Shown one piece after another: positions 35,936 to 44,724 of a stretch of DNA of 45,042 nucleotides. The stretch's first letter is position 1. The number at the start of each line of letters is the position of its first letter. The notes under the pieces were generated by a model. That model had not been told where the DNA came from. It saw only the letters and a program-made list of their open reading frames with translations, and ran no database searches. The stretch spans positions 1 to 45,042 of the forward strand of contig JAUWBJ010000003.1 in NCBI GenBank assembly GCA_030605095.1, written 5' to 3'. This stretch comes from Candidatus Omnitrophota bacterium. GTDB taxonomy: Bacteria > Omnitrophota > Gorgyraeia > JABMRN01 > RBG-13-46-9. A program made the position numbers and the translations under genes.

Positions 35936-36904
35936 ATGAAGGTTTTACTTACAGGTGGCGCGGGCTTTATCGGAAGTTGCATGCTCTGGAGGCTTAACGC
36001 CGCAGGTATAAAAGATATTATAGTAGTTGACCATCTTGGTGAGTCCAGCAAGTGGAAAAATCTGGTCGGAAAACATTTTGAAGACTATTTTGAAAAGGAT
36101 AAATTCCTGGATTATCTCGAAACGGGCAAACTTGACCGTAAAATAGACACAGTCATCCATTTCGGGGCTTGCACGTCTACCACCGAACAGAACGCAACAT
36201 ACATGATGGAGAACAACTATGTTTATTCCAGGCGCCTTGCCGAATGGGCTTTAAAAAACAGAAAAAGATTTTTATATGCCTCAAGCGGCGCAACCTACGG
36301 TGACGGCGAGATGGGTTATTCTGACAGAGACGACATGACACCGAAACTGAAACCCTTGAATATATATGGCTATTCGAAACACCTCTTCGATTTATGGGCT
36401 ATAAAAAACAATCTTCAGAAGGAGTTTGTGGGATTTAAGTTTTTCAATGTTTTCGGACCGAACGAAAATCACAAAGGCGATATGAGAAGTATGGTTAACA
36501 AAGGTTACCAGCAGATAAAAGCCACCGGCAAAATGCGCCTTTTCAAATCGCATAAGCCGGAATATAAAGACGGCGGACAAAAAAGAGACTTTGTGTATGT
36601 GAAAGACGCCATTGAACTAGTTTACCATTTTTTAGAACACCCCGAGAAACGGGGAATATTCAATATCGGGACAGGCGAGGCCAAGACCTGGAACGACCTC
36701 GCCAATGCTTTATTTTTAGCCCTGGGAATGAAACCCCGGATCGAATATTTCGATATGCCGGAAATATTGAGGGGAAAATATCAGTATTTTACGCAGGCAG
36801 AGCTCGAAAAACTTCGTCAGACAGGCTGCAACCATAAATTTTTTAGCTTAAACGACGCCATAAAGGACTATGTAAGTTTTTTGGAAAAAGATACGTACTT
36901 GTAA
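35936..36904 (+). CDS. hldD: ADP-glyceromanno-heptose 6-epimerase
   Basis: TGGAGFIGS Rossmann motif, SSGATYG, YGYSK, and family similarity. Confidence 0.85.
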   Translation: MKVLLTGGAGFIGSCMLWRLNAAGIKDIIVVDHLGESSKWKNLVGKHFEDYFEKDKFLDYLETGKLDRKIDTVIHFGACTSTTEQNATYMMENNYVYSRRLAEWALKNRKRFLYASSGATYGDGEMGYSDRDDMTPKLKPLNIYGYSKHLFDLWAIKNNLQKEFVGFKFFNVFGPNENHKGDMRSMVNKGYQQIKATGKMRLFKSHKPEYKDGGQKRDFVYVKDAIELVYHFLEHPEKRGIFNIGTGEAKTWNDLANALFLALGMKPRIEYFDMPEILRGKYQYFTQAELEKLRQTGCNHKFFSLNDAIKDYVSFLEKDTYL

Positions 36905-36916
36905 AGGGGGATTGTA

Positions 36917-37141
36917 ATGTTAAAAGAACAGGTGGAGAAAGCATTGGAAGAAATAAGGCCGGCTTTGCGGGCTGACGGCGGGGGTATAGAACTGGTAGAT
37001 GTTACCGAAGAGGGCATTGTTAAAGTGAGGTTGACCGGCGCCTGTAGTCATTGCCTGATGAGTACCCATACACTTAAACAGGTTATCGAACAGCAACTGA
37101 AAGAGAAACTGCCTGAGGTAAAGTCTGTAGAGCAGGTGTAA
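36917..37141 (+). CDS. NifU C-terminal (Nfu-type) domain protein
   Basis: 74 aa with the DGG..ELV and GACSHC motifs. Confidence 0.8.
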   Translation: MLKEQVEKALEEIRPALRADGGGIELVDVTEEGIVKVRLTGACSHCLMSTHTLKQVIEQQLKEKLPEVKSVEQV

Positions 37142-37154
37142 GAGTGTAAAGGCC

Positions 37155-37183
37155 TTGACAAATCCGAAATAACCGGGTATACT
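37155..37183 (+). promoter_or_regulatory. Near-consensus sigma70 promoter (TTGACA-17-TATACT) for abiEi
   Basis: -35 at 37155-60 and -10 at 37178-83. A 7-bp inverted repeat ATAATCA-TTTT-TGATTAT at 37195-37212 lies downstream. Confidence 0.6.
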
Positions 37184-37230
37184 TGTTTCTGTAAATAATC
37201 ATTTTTGATTATATAAGGAAACACAGTGGA

Positions 37231-37875
37231 ATGACCTATAATGAATTTAAAAACAAGGCGCAGCAATGGCCCCTTATTTTTAGCCGGGATATTACGCGGC
37301 ACGAGCCCGATAAACAGGCCATTCGAAATCAGCTCAAGCGTTGGCGCGAAAAGAACTTGCTTATTAAGCTGAAACGAGGGGTCTTTCTTCTAAACGCGAA
37401 CGACAGGAAGTTTACCCCATCCAGAGAGTATATTGCCAACCAGTTATACTCCCCTTCTTACGTTAGCCTAGAATACGCCCTAAACCGTTACGGCCTTATT
37501 CCCGAAAGGGTGAGCGACGTAACAAGCATTACAAACAAAAAAACAAAATATTTTAGGAATGAAATTGGAAATTTTACCTATCAGCATATTAAAGCAAAAG
37601 CTTTCAATGGATTTAAATCTTTAAAAGACGAAACAGGTTTTGTTTTTTTTATTGCCGAACCCGAAAAGGCAGTAGTTGATTTTTGTTATTTGAATTTAGC
37701 GAACTTTCAAGGAAATTATAAAATGATATTCGAAGACTCTTATCGCTTGCAAAACATCGATATATTAAATGTCAAAAAAATTATGAATTTTGCCAAGTTT
37801 TTTAATAATATCAAATTAATATCCGTATCCCGGTCTTTATGCGAATTAATTAAAAAAGAAAAGAAAAGAAAATGA
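37231..37875 (+). CDS. abiEi: AbiEi family antitoxin (type IV TA system)
   Basis: N-terminal wHTH-like region (L.RW..KNLLIKLKRGVF). The size, and the 4-nt overlap with the downstream AbiEii gene, also fit. Confidence 0.7.
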   Translation: MTYNEFKNKAQQWPLIFSRDITRHEPDKQAIRNQLKRWREKNLLIKLKRGVFLLNANDRKFTPSREYIANQLYSPSYVSLEYALNRYGLIPERVSDVTSITNKKTKYFRNEIGNFTYQHIKAKAFNGFKSLKDETGFVFFIAEPEKAVVDFCYLNLANFQGNYKMIFEDSYRLQNIDILNVKKIMNFAKFFNNIKLISVSRSLCELIKKEKKRK

Positions 37876-38681
37876 TTGATTTTTTTAAGCAATATATTAC
37901 TTCTGCAATATCAAATGAAAATAAGGTTAATAAACTACGGGAAATATTACAGCTCCTTGTCCTGAAAATTCTACAGGACAAAGGTTATTTCGCTGATATA
38001 GCATTTGTCGGCGGCACCGCTTTAAGGGTGCTCTACGATATGAGGCGTTTTTCCGAAGATCTGGATTTTTCCGTTATTAGCAAAAAGAATTATGACTTTT
38101 TAGACATTATTTCCAAAATAAAACATGAATTCAAGCTATACGCAGTAGAATTAGAGGCCAAAGCGAAACTGGCAAAAACTGTTCAAAGCAGCATGCTGAA
38201 ATTTCCCGGATTACTGAATGCCTTAGGGATTTCCGGTCTTGAGAAGCAGAAGCTTTCGATTAAACTCGAGATTGATTCTAATCCACCATCCGGGTGGCAA
38301 ATCGAAAACACCGTTGTTAACAAAATCTATATGTTAAACATTACGCATTTTAATCTTCCGTCCCTCTGCGCCACTAAGATACATGCTTGTTTTTTTAGAA
38401 AATATATCAAAGGAAGGGATTTCTATGACTTGGTATGGTACATGGGAAAGAAGATCAAACCTAATTATAAACTACTGAATAATGCGATTAAACAGACACA
38501 TAAGAAAAGTCCCGGATTAAGCGAAAAAAACATAAAGGACTTTCTTTTGGATAAAATGCGAGGTATTGATTTCAGCATGATAAGAAAAGATGTAGAAAGA
38601 TTTCTTGAAGATAAGAATGAATTGAAATTGCTGGAGAAATCTGTAATTTCAAAGAGCATTATCGATGTATTCGGGCGGTAA
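37872..38681 (+). CDS. abiEii: AbiEii/AbiGii nucleotidyltransferase toxin
   Basis: Pol-beta NTase motifs FVGGTAL and SEDLDF. 269 aa. Confidence 0.75.
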   Translation: MIDFFKQYITSAISNENKVNKLREILQLLVLKILQDKGYFADIAFVGGTALRVLYDMRRFSEDLDFSVISKKNYDFLDIISKIKHEFKLYAVELEAKAKLAKTVQSSMLKFPGLLNALGISGLEKQKLSIKLEIDSNPPSGWQIENTVVNKIYMLNITHFNLPSLCATKIHACFFRKYIKGRDFYDLVWYMGKKIKPNYKLLNNAIKQTHKKSPGLSEKNIKDFLLDKMRGIDFSMIRKDVERFLEDKNELKLLEKSVISKSIIDVFGR

Positions 38682-38756
38682 ACGAAATGCGAAAGTGCGA
38701 AGTGCGAAGTATGTATCGAAACGTTGACGCTGATACATGCTGATAGGAGAAGAGGG

Positions 38757-39314
38757 ATGTATATATTAGGCATAAACGGAAGCCCGAGAATAGGGGGTAA
38801 TACCGATATTCTCCTCGATAAAGCGCTTGAAGGCGCGAAGACCAAAGGCGCTAAGACAGAGAAGGTCATTTTAAATAAGCTTAAAATCTCTCCCTGCCAG
38901 GAATGCGAAAAAGTAAGAGACGATGGCACCTGCATAGTAGAAGACGATTTTCAAGCCCTTTATGAGAAGGTTAAAAAGGCCGATGCCTTAGTTCTCGCAT
39001 CCCCGATATTTTTTGGCTCCTTGAGTGCCCAAACTAAAATCATGATAGACCGTTTCCAATGTTATTGGAGATATAGGTATATACTAAAAAAGGCAACATC
39101 TCAAAAAACCAGGCCAGGTGCCCTGATTTTAGTAGAGGCGTCTAAGAGGGGGGACTTCTTCAATAACGCAAAATCGATAGTTAAAAACTTTTTCGCCACT
39201 ATCGACGTCGATTACAAGGGGGAACTTTTCTGTCCGGGCGTTGACACCAAAGCGGCAATCGCCAAACACCCGGATTTCCTGCAAAAGGCGTTCGAATTAG
39301 GAGGAACATTATGA
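38757..39314 (+). CDS. Flavodoxin-like FMN reductase / iron-sulfur flavoprotein family
   Basis: [12 protein letters not shown] and ASPIFFGS motifs. ATG 38757 has a GGAGAAGAGGG SD; the track start 38724 is a non-ATG codon. Confidence 0.7.
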   Translation: MYILGINGSPRIGGNTDILLDKALEGAKTKGAKTEKVILNKLKISPCQECEKVRDDGTCIVEDDFQALYEKVKKADALVLASPIFFGSLSAQTKIMIDRFQCYWRYRYILKKATSQKTRPGALILVEASKRGDFFNNAKSIVKNFFATIDVDYKGELFCPGVDTKAAIAKHPDFLQKAFELGGTL

Positions 39315-40237
39315 ATATAGCAAAAGATGTTACAAAATTGATAGGAAATACACCTTTGGTAAAACTTAATAAAATAACTTCAGGTTTAGAATCTAATATT
39401 GTCGCAAAATTGGAGTTTTTCAATCCCCTTTCCAGTGTTAAGGATAGAATTGGCATAAGCATGATTGAAGACGCAGAAAAGAAAAATTATATTAAAAAAA
39501 ATACGGTTATTCTTGAACCAACAAGCGGAAATACAGGCATTGCTTTGGCTTTTGTATGCGCCGTTAAAGGATATAAACTCGCTCTTACAATGCCGGATAC
39601 CATGAGTCTTGAACGCAGGAGTTTATTGGAAGCTTTAGGCGCTCATTTGATTTTAACACCGGGGGATAAAGGCATGAAAGGGGCTGTGAAAAAGGCAGAG
39701 GAATTAGCAAAGGCCGACCCTAAATATTTTATTCTTCAACAATTTAAAAATCCGGCTAACCCGGCGATTCATCGCAAGACAACCGCAGAAGAGATATGGA
39801 AAGATACGGATGGCAAAGTAGATATTTTGGTTGCCGGGATAGGCACGGGAGGGACTATTACCGGAATAGCCGAGGTTATTAAGAAAAGAAAACCATCGTT
39901 TCGCATTATCGCTGTTGAGCCCAAGGATTCACCGATTCTTTCCGGCGGCAAACCGGGTCCCCACAAAATACAGGGCATAGGCGCCGGTTTTATTCCGGAT
40001 GTATTAAGAAAAGATTTACTGGATGAGATAATTCAGGTAAATAATGAAGATGCCGCAAAAACGGCCAGAAGATTAGCTAAAGAAGAAGGGCTATTCGCAG
40101 GGATCTCTTCCGGCGCGGCGGCATGGGCAGCTATAGAGGTAGGTAAAAGAAAGGAAAATAAAGATAAACTCATCGTTGTTATCCTACCTGATACGGGAGA
40201 AAGATACCTCTCGACAGAATTATACAAAAAAACTTGA
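39311..40237 (+). CDS. cysK: Cysteine synthase A (O-acetylserine sulfhydrylase)
   Basis: [22 protein letters not shown] and GTGGT motifs. Confidence 0.9.
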   Translation: MNIAKDVTKLIGNTPLVKLNKITSGLESNIVAKLEFFNPLSSVKDRIGISMIEDAEKKNYIKKNTVILEPTSGNTGIALAFVCAVKGYKLALTMPDTMSLERRSLLEALGAHLILTPGDKGMKGAVKKAEELAKADPKYFILQQFKNPANPAIHRKTTAEEIWKDTDGKVDILVAGIGTGGTITGIAEVIKKRKPSFRIIAVEPKDSPILSGGKPGPHKIQGIGAGFIPDVLRKDLLDEIIQVNNEDAAKTARRLAKEEGLFAGISSGAAAWAAIEVGKRKENKDKLIVVILPDTGERYLSTELYKKT

Positions 40238-41403
40238 TGTTAAATTTTACCCACCATATACCGACAATTGTTTATTTTGGCAAGGGACAGGTAAGTGCCC
40301 TTGAATCTGAATTAAAAAAGCGCGCTAAAAAGATATTGATTGTAACAGGCCAGGGGAGCGTCAAGAAGCACTGCATTTTTGACGATGTGATTCGGGAAAT
40401 AAAAAAAGCAAATGTTCCTTATGTTGAACTCTCCGGCATTAAGCCGAACCCCCGCCTTAAAAGTGTTTACCATGGTATAGAAATTTGCAAAAAGGAATCA
40501 ATAGATTTTATATTAGCCGTAGGTGGTGGAAGCGTTATTGACGCCTCGAAAGCTATAGCAGCCGGCGTTAAATACAACGGTGATGTGTGGGATTTCTTTG
40601 CGGAAGGTGTAAAGCCTACCGATGCCCTACCCGTAGGGACTGTTCTTACCCTTGCGGCCACGGGTTCTGAGATGAACGGGAATACCGTTATTACAAAAGA
40701 AGATACCAAACGTAAACTTGCCTTTGGCTCTCCGGTAATTAGGCCCGTATTTTCAATATTGGACCCCGAATATACCTATAGCGTTAATAAATATCATACC
40801 GCCGCAGGCGTCGTTGATATAATGGTTCATGTTTTTGAACAATATTTTAGCCACACACCCGCCAGTGATGTGCAGGATAGAATAGCAGAGGCGCTATTAA
40901 AGGTATGCATTAAGTATGGCCCTATTGTATATAAGAAACCGCACGATTACGACGCAAGAGCTAATATACTATGGGCAGGATCTCTTGCATTAAACGATTT
41001 AATAGGTGAAGGCAAACAAGAGGATTGGGCATCTCACGCCATAGAGCACGAGTTAAGCGCGATATATGATATCAGCCACGGAGCGGGGCTTGCCATAGTA
41101 AGCCCGAGTTGGATGAAGCATGTTTTGAGCAAAAACACTGTAAATAAATTCGTCGAGTACGGCATAAATATCTGGAACATTGAAAAAAATAGAACTGAAA
41201 TAGATATAGCAAACGAAGCCATTGACAGGACAAAAAAGTTTTTCAAATCGCTAAGCATGCCCACAACCCTAAAAGAAGTGAATATTTCCGATGAACACTT
41301 TGAAAAAATGGCAAAAAACGCTATGGAAGATTGGGGCAAAATAGGCTCTTTCAAGAAACTCACCGAAAAAGACATCGTTCAAATTCTAAACGCGTCTCTT
41401 TAA
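40237..41403 (+). CDS. Iron-containing (group III) alcohol dehydrogenase, YqhD/butanol dehydrogenase-like
   Basis: AVGGGSVIDASKAIA and the His-rich metal site (HAIEHELS, HG). ATG 40237 overlaps the cysK stop. Confidence 0.85.
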   Translation: MLNFTHHIPTIVYFGKGQVSALESELKKRAKKILIVTGQGSVKKHCIFDDVIREIKKANVPYVELSGIKPNPRLKSVYHGIEICKKESIDFILAVGGGSVIDASKAIAAGVKYNGDVWDFFAEGVKPTDALPVGTVLTLAATGSEMNGNTVITKEDTKRKLAFGSPVIRPVFSILDPEYTYSVNKYHTAAGVVDIMVHVFEQYFSHTPASDVQDRIAEALLKVCIKYGPIVYKKPHDYDARANILWAGSLALNDLIGEGKQEDWASHAIEHELSAIYDISHGAGLAIVSPSWMKHVLSKNTVNKFVEYGINIWNIEKNRTEIDIANEAIDRTKKFFKSLSMPTTLKEVNISDEHFEKMAKNAMEDWGKIGSFKKLTEKDIVQILNASL

Positions 41404-41409
41404 AAACCA

Positions 41410-42123
41410 ATGATTGAATTTGAGACAAGCGTAGTAGACATAATAAAACAAACTCACGACGTAAAAAGTTTTAGATTCGGGATAAAAGAGGATATAGATT
41501 TTAAGCCGGGCCAGTTCTTTTTCGTTACAATAAAAGCCGATGGGGAGGAAAGAACGAAACATTTTTCCTTTTCAAATTCTCCGACAGAAAAAGGTTATGT
41601 AGAGTTTACAAAGAGGATAACCGAAAGCCCTTTTTCAAAAGCCCTGGATAGGCTAAAAACCGGTGATTGGGCAAAATTAAAGATGCCTTTGGGCTCTTTT
41701 ACTTTTGAAGGTGAATATGAGAGGATTGCTTTTCTCTCCGGTGGCATAGGTATAACACCTATAAGGAGTATATGTAAGTTTATTACAGATAAGGGGTTAC
41801 CGACAGATATTATATTGCTCTATGGCAATAATAGAGAAGGTGATATAATATTCAGACAAGACCTCGATGATATGCAAAGGCTCAATAAGAACTTTCGCGT
41901 AGTTTATACCCTAACCTCGCCTGAAAAGGACAAAAAAGCATGGCCGGGAAGAACCGGCTATATAGATGCCGGGATGATAAAAGAAGAAATACCCGATTAT
42001 AACAATAGGGTATTTTATATTTGTGGCCCTCCGGCCATGGTGGGAAACCTGGTGAATAGCCTGAAAGATAAATTAGGCATCCGGGAAGACAAGATAAAAG
42101 TAGAAAATTTTACAGGGTATTGA
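41410..42123 (+). CDS. FNR-like FAD/NAD(P)-binding oxidoreductase
   Basis: FAD motif (R.FSFS), NAD motif (GGIGITP), and YICGPP near the C-terminus. Confidence 0.75.
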   Translation: MIEFETSVVDIIKQTHDVKSFRFGIKEDIDFKPGQFFFVTIKADGEERTKHFSFSNSPTEKGYVEFTKRITESPFSKALDRLKTGDWAKLKMPLGSFTFEGEYERIAFLSGGIGITPIRSICKFITDKGLPTDIILLYGNNREGDIIFRQDLDDMQRLNKNFRVVYTLTSPEKDKKAWPGRTGYIDAGMIKEEIPDYNNRVFYICGPPAMVGNLVNSLKDKLGIREDKIKVENFTGY

Positions 42124-42142
42124 TGAAAATAGGAGGATATCT

Positions 42143-42268
42143 ATGGCCGTAGAAAAAGTCGGAGAAAAATACAGGTGCAATGTTTGCGGTAATGAGGTTA
42201 CCGTGACAAAGGTAGGCGGCGGTGAACTCGTTTGTTGTGGCCAGCCTATGGAGAAGATTGAAGGATAA
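42143..42268 (+). CDS. dsr: Desulforedoxin (41 aa; missing from the ORF track)
   Basis: [41 protein letters not shown] matches the Dx signature Y.C..CG..V.V...GGG.LVCCG..M. An AGGAGG SD lies 6 nt upstream. Confidence 0.8.
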   Translation: MAVEKVGEKYRCNVCGNEVTVTKVGGGELVCCGQPMEKIEG

Positions 42269-42274
42269 AAGGAG

Positions 42275-42859
42275 ATGATTATGGCAAAATCTATAAAAGG
42301 AACCAAAACAGAGAAGAATCTGCTTGCTTCTTTTGCGGGAGAATCCCAGGCAAGAAACCGTTATACCTATTTTGCTTCTGCGGCAAGAAAGGCGGGTTTC
42401 GAGCAGATAGGGGCTATATTTTTAGAAACTGCTGACAATGAAAAAGAACATGCAAAGATGTTTTTCAAACTTTTGGAAGGCGGAGAAGTAGAAATAACCG
42501 CTTCTTATCCGGCAGGCGTTATAGGTGACACCGCACAGAATCTGAAAGCAGCAGCAACCGGAGAGCATCTTGAATGGACAAAGCTTTACAAGGAAGCAGA
42601 AGAGGTAGCGCGGAAGGAAGGTTTTGAGGAAGTAGCAGTCCAATTTAAGGAAATAGCCGAGGTAGAAGAAGAGCACGAAAAAAGATACAGGAAGCTTCTT
42701 AAAAATGTGAAAGATGGGAAAGTATTTAAGAAGGATACTGTCGTTAAATGGAAATGCCGTAATTGCGGGTATGTGCATGAGGGGAAAGAAGCGCCTGATG
42801 AATGCCCTGCATGCGCCCATCCTCAGGCGTTCTACGAACTTTTGTGTGAGAATTATTAA
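42275..42859 (+). CDS. rbr: Rubrerythrin
   Basis: Di-iron four-helix-bundle motifs (E..A..RY, E..H) plus a C-terminal rubredoxin-like CRNCG..CPAC. Confidence 0.9.
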   Translation: MIMAKSIKGTKTEKNLLASFAGESQARNRYTYFASAARKAGFEQIGAIFLETADNEKEHAKMFFKLLEGGEVEITASYPAGVIGDTAQNLKAAATGEHLEWTKLYKEAEEVARKEGFEEVAVQFKEIAEVEEEHEKRYRKLLKNVKDGKVFKKDTVVKWKCRNCGYVHEGKEAPDECPACAHPQAFYELLCENY

Positions 42860-42873
42860 AGCGGAGACGTAAT

Positions 42874-43314
42874 ATGAAAGGCTATGTATGTAAAATTTGT
42901 AGGTTTATTTCAATAAATGGAAGCGCGCCGGATAAATGCCCTGTATGTGGCGCACCAAAAACAGCCTTTGAGGAAAAAGACGCCATTAACTCACCGAAAG
43001 ATGTAAACAACCTTACAGAACTTGAGAAGAAGCATATACCGGTAGTCAAAATTACCAAAACATGTGGGTTAATACCCGAAGGCTGCCAGGACGTGCACGT
43101 TAAGATGGGTGAGATTCAGCATCCGATGCAACCGGAACATTATATCGTCCATATCGATTTTTACATTGATAAAGAGTTTATATCGAGAATCATATTAACA
43201 CCGGATAAGCTAAATCCTGCAGGGGCATTGCATCTTAAGACGAAAACTGGTAGGCTTTCTGTTATCGAACTCTGCAATCTGCACGGCGCGTGGATTAAGG
43301 AGGTAGATTTATGA
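42874..43314 (+). CDS. Superoxide reductase domain protein with an N-terminal rubredoxin-type CxxC..CxxC domain
   Basis: SOR ligand motifs EKKHIP, HPM..EHYI and CNLHGAW. The N-terminus is CKIC..CPVC. Confidence 0.8.
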   Translation: MKGYVCKICRFISINGSAPDKCPVCGAPKTAFEEKDAINSPKDVNNLTELEKKHIPVVKITKTCGLIPEGCQDVHVKMGEIQHPMQPEHYIVHIDFYIDKEFISRIILTPDKLNPAGALHLKTKTGRLSVIELCNLHGAWIKEVDL

Positions 43315-43547
43315 GTAAGAATGTCAAAATCTATAGTACACCCACATGCCCGTATTGTATTAGGGCAAAACAATTTCTAAAAGATAGTAATATCGAATTT
43401 GAAAATGTGGATGTGTCAACAAATCCTGATAAAGCACAGGAAATAGTTGATAAATCCGGGCAGATGGGCGTACCTGTATTGGATATAGAGGGCCAGATTA
43501 TTATAGGATTTGATAAGGAAGCAATACAAAAGGCGCTGAATCTATAA
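43311..43547 (+). CDS. Glutaredoxin-like protein (YruB/NrdH-type)
   Basis: 78 aa with CPYC and a GVPV thioredoxin fold. Confidence 0.85.
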   Translation: MSKNVKIYSTPTCPYCIRAKQFLKDSNIEFENVDVSTNPDKAQEIVDKSGQMGVPVLDIEGQIIIGFDKEAIQKALNL

Positions 43548-43561
43548 AGGAAAAGATTTAT

Positions 43562-44716
43562 ATGGCAAAAGATCCGATTTGTGGAATGCCTGTTAATGAA
43601 AAAACAGGCATTAAGCTGGTCAGCAGCGGAAAGACCTATTTTTTCTGTAGCGAACGCTGTTTAAAAAAATTTGCAAAGGAACACAGTATTTCAGAAAAGG
43701 AAACCGCAACTTGCCTTGTTCAGCCAAAAGATCCTTTTTATAAAAACAAAAGCCTAATTGTTACCGCAATTTTGGCGTTATTGGTTCTCTTGTCTTATGT
43801 TTTGCCCTTTCTTGAGCCATTTAGAAAATCCTTGTTTTTGTATTTTAAGGTCATATGGTGGGCTATTTTATTAGGGTTTTTTCTTGGCGGCATAATAGAT
43901 TATTACATCCCTCGTGAATATATATCCCACATTCTCGCAAAACCGAAAAAACGGACAATTTTCTATTCCGTAATCTTAGGCTTTTTTATGAGCGCATGTT
44001 CTCACGGGATACTTGCGCTTTCTATGGAACTGCATAAGAAAGGGGCGTCTAATCCGGCTGTAGTGTCTTTTTTACTCGCTAGCCCATGGGCTAACCTGAC
44101 GATTACAATAATGCTTATAGGGTTTTTCGGATTAAAGGCTTTGTATATCATAATCTGTGCCATTATGATTGCAATAACAACCGGGCTTATTTTTCAGGTT
44201 CTGGAGAGGAGAGGCCTTATAGAGACAAATGATAATATTCTCCACACCGAAAAGGATTTTTCCATAATAAACGACTTAAAACAGCGTTTTCGAGGATATA
44301 GGTTCTCTAAATCCGATATAAAAGGTATATATAGCGGGATGTTATCTTTGAGCAATATGGTGCTCTGGTGGGTTCTGATAGGCATGGGGCTGGCAAGTTT
44401 GGCAGGGGCATATATTCCGTCGGATTTCTTTCAGAACTACATGGGGCCGACACTGCTCGGGCTTTTTGTAACTCTCGCGGTTGCTACCGTAATAGAGGTA
44501 TGTTCCGAGGGCTCGGCGCCGATGGCATTTGAGATATTCAGGCAGACAGGCGCCTTTGGCAATGCCTTTGTTTTCCTTATGGCAGGCGTAGTTACCGATT
44601 ACACCGAAATAGGGCTTCTATGGCATAATGTTGGTAAGAAAACAGCCATATGGCTCCCGATTATAACCGTTCCGCAAGTAATAGTCCTGGGTATCATAGC
44701 GAATAGAATATTTTAG
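43562..44716 (+). CDS. YHS/TRASH metal-binding domain fused to a predicted permease (UPF0718/ArsP-like)
   Basis: N-terminal DPICGM.V.....YFFCS..C, followed by about 8 TM segments. Confidence 0.7.
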   Translation: MAKDPICGMPVNEKTGIKLVSSGKTYFFCSERCLKKFAKEHSISEKETATCLVQPKDPFYKNKSLIVTAILALLVLLSYVLPFLEPFRKSLFLYFKVIWWAILLGFFLGGIIDYYIPREYISHILAKPKKRTIFYSVILGFFMSACSHGILALSMELHKKGASNPAVVSFLLASPWANLTITIMLIGFFGLKALYIIICAIMIAITTGLIFQVLERRGLIETNDNILHTEKDFSIINDLKQRFRGYRFSKSDIKGIYSGMLSLSNMVLWWVLIGMGLASLAGAYIPSDFFQNYMGPTLLGLFVTLAVATVIEVCSEGSAPMAFEIFRQTGAFGNAFVFLMAGVVTDYTEIGLLWHNVGKKTAIWLPIITVPQVIVLGIIANRIF

Positions 44717-44724
44717 GAAGAAAA

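Noticed and set aside
38688-38710. TGCGAA(A)G x3 tandem repeat after abiEii, considered as a possible CRISPR or regulatory array.
   Set aside because: There are only three 7-8-nt units with no spacers. It is far too small for a CRISPR array. It is mentioned only within the AbiE islet finding.
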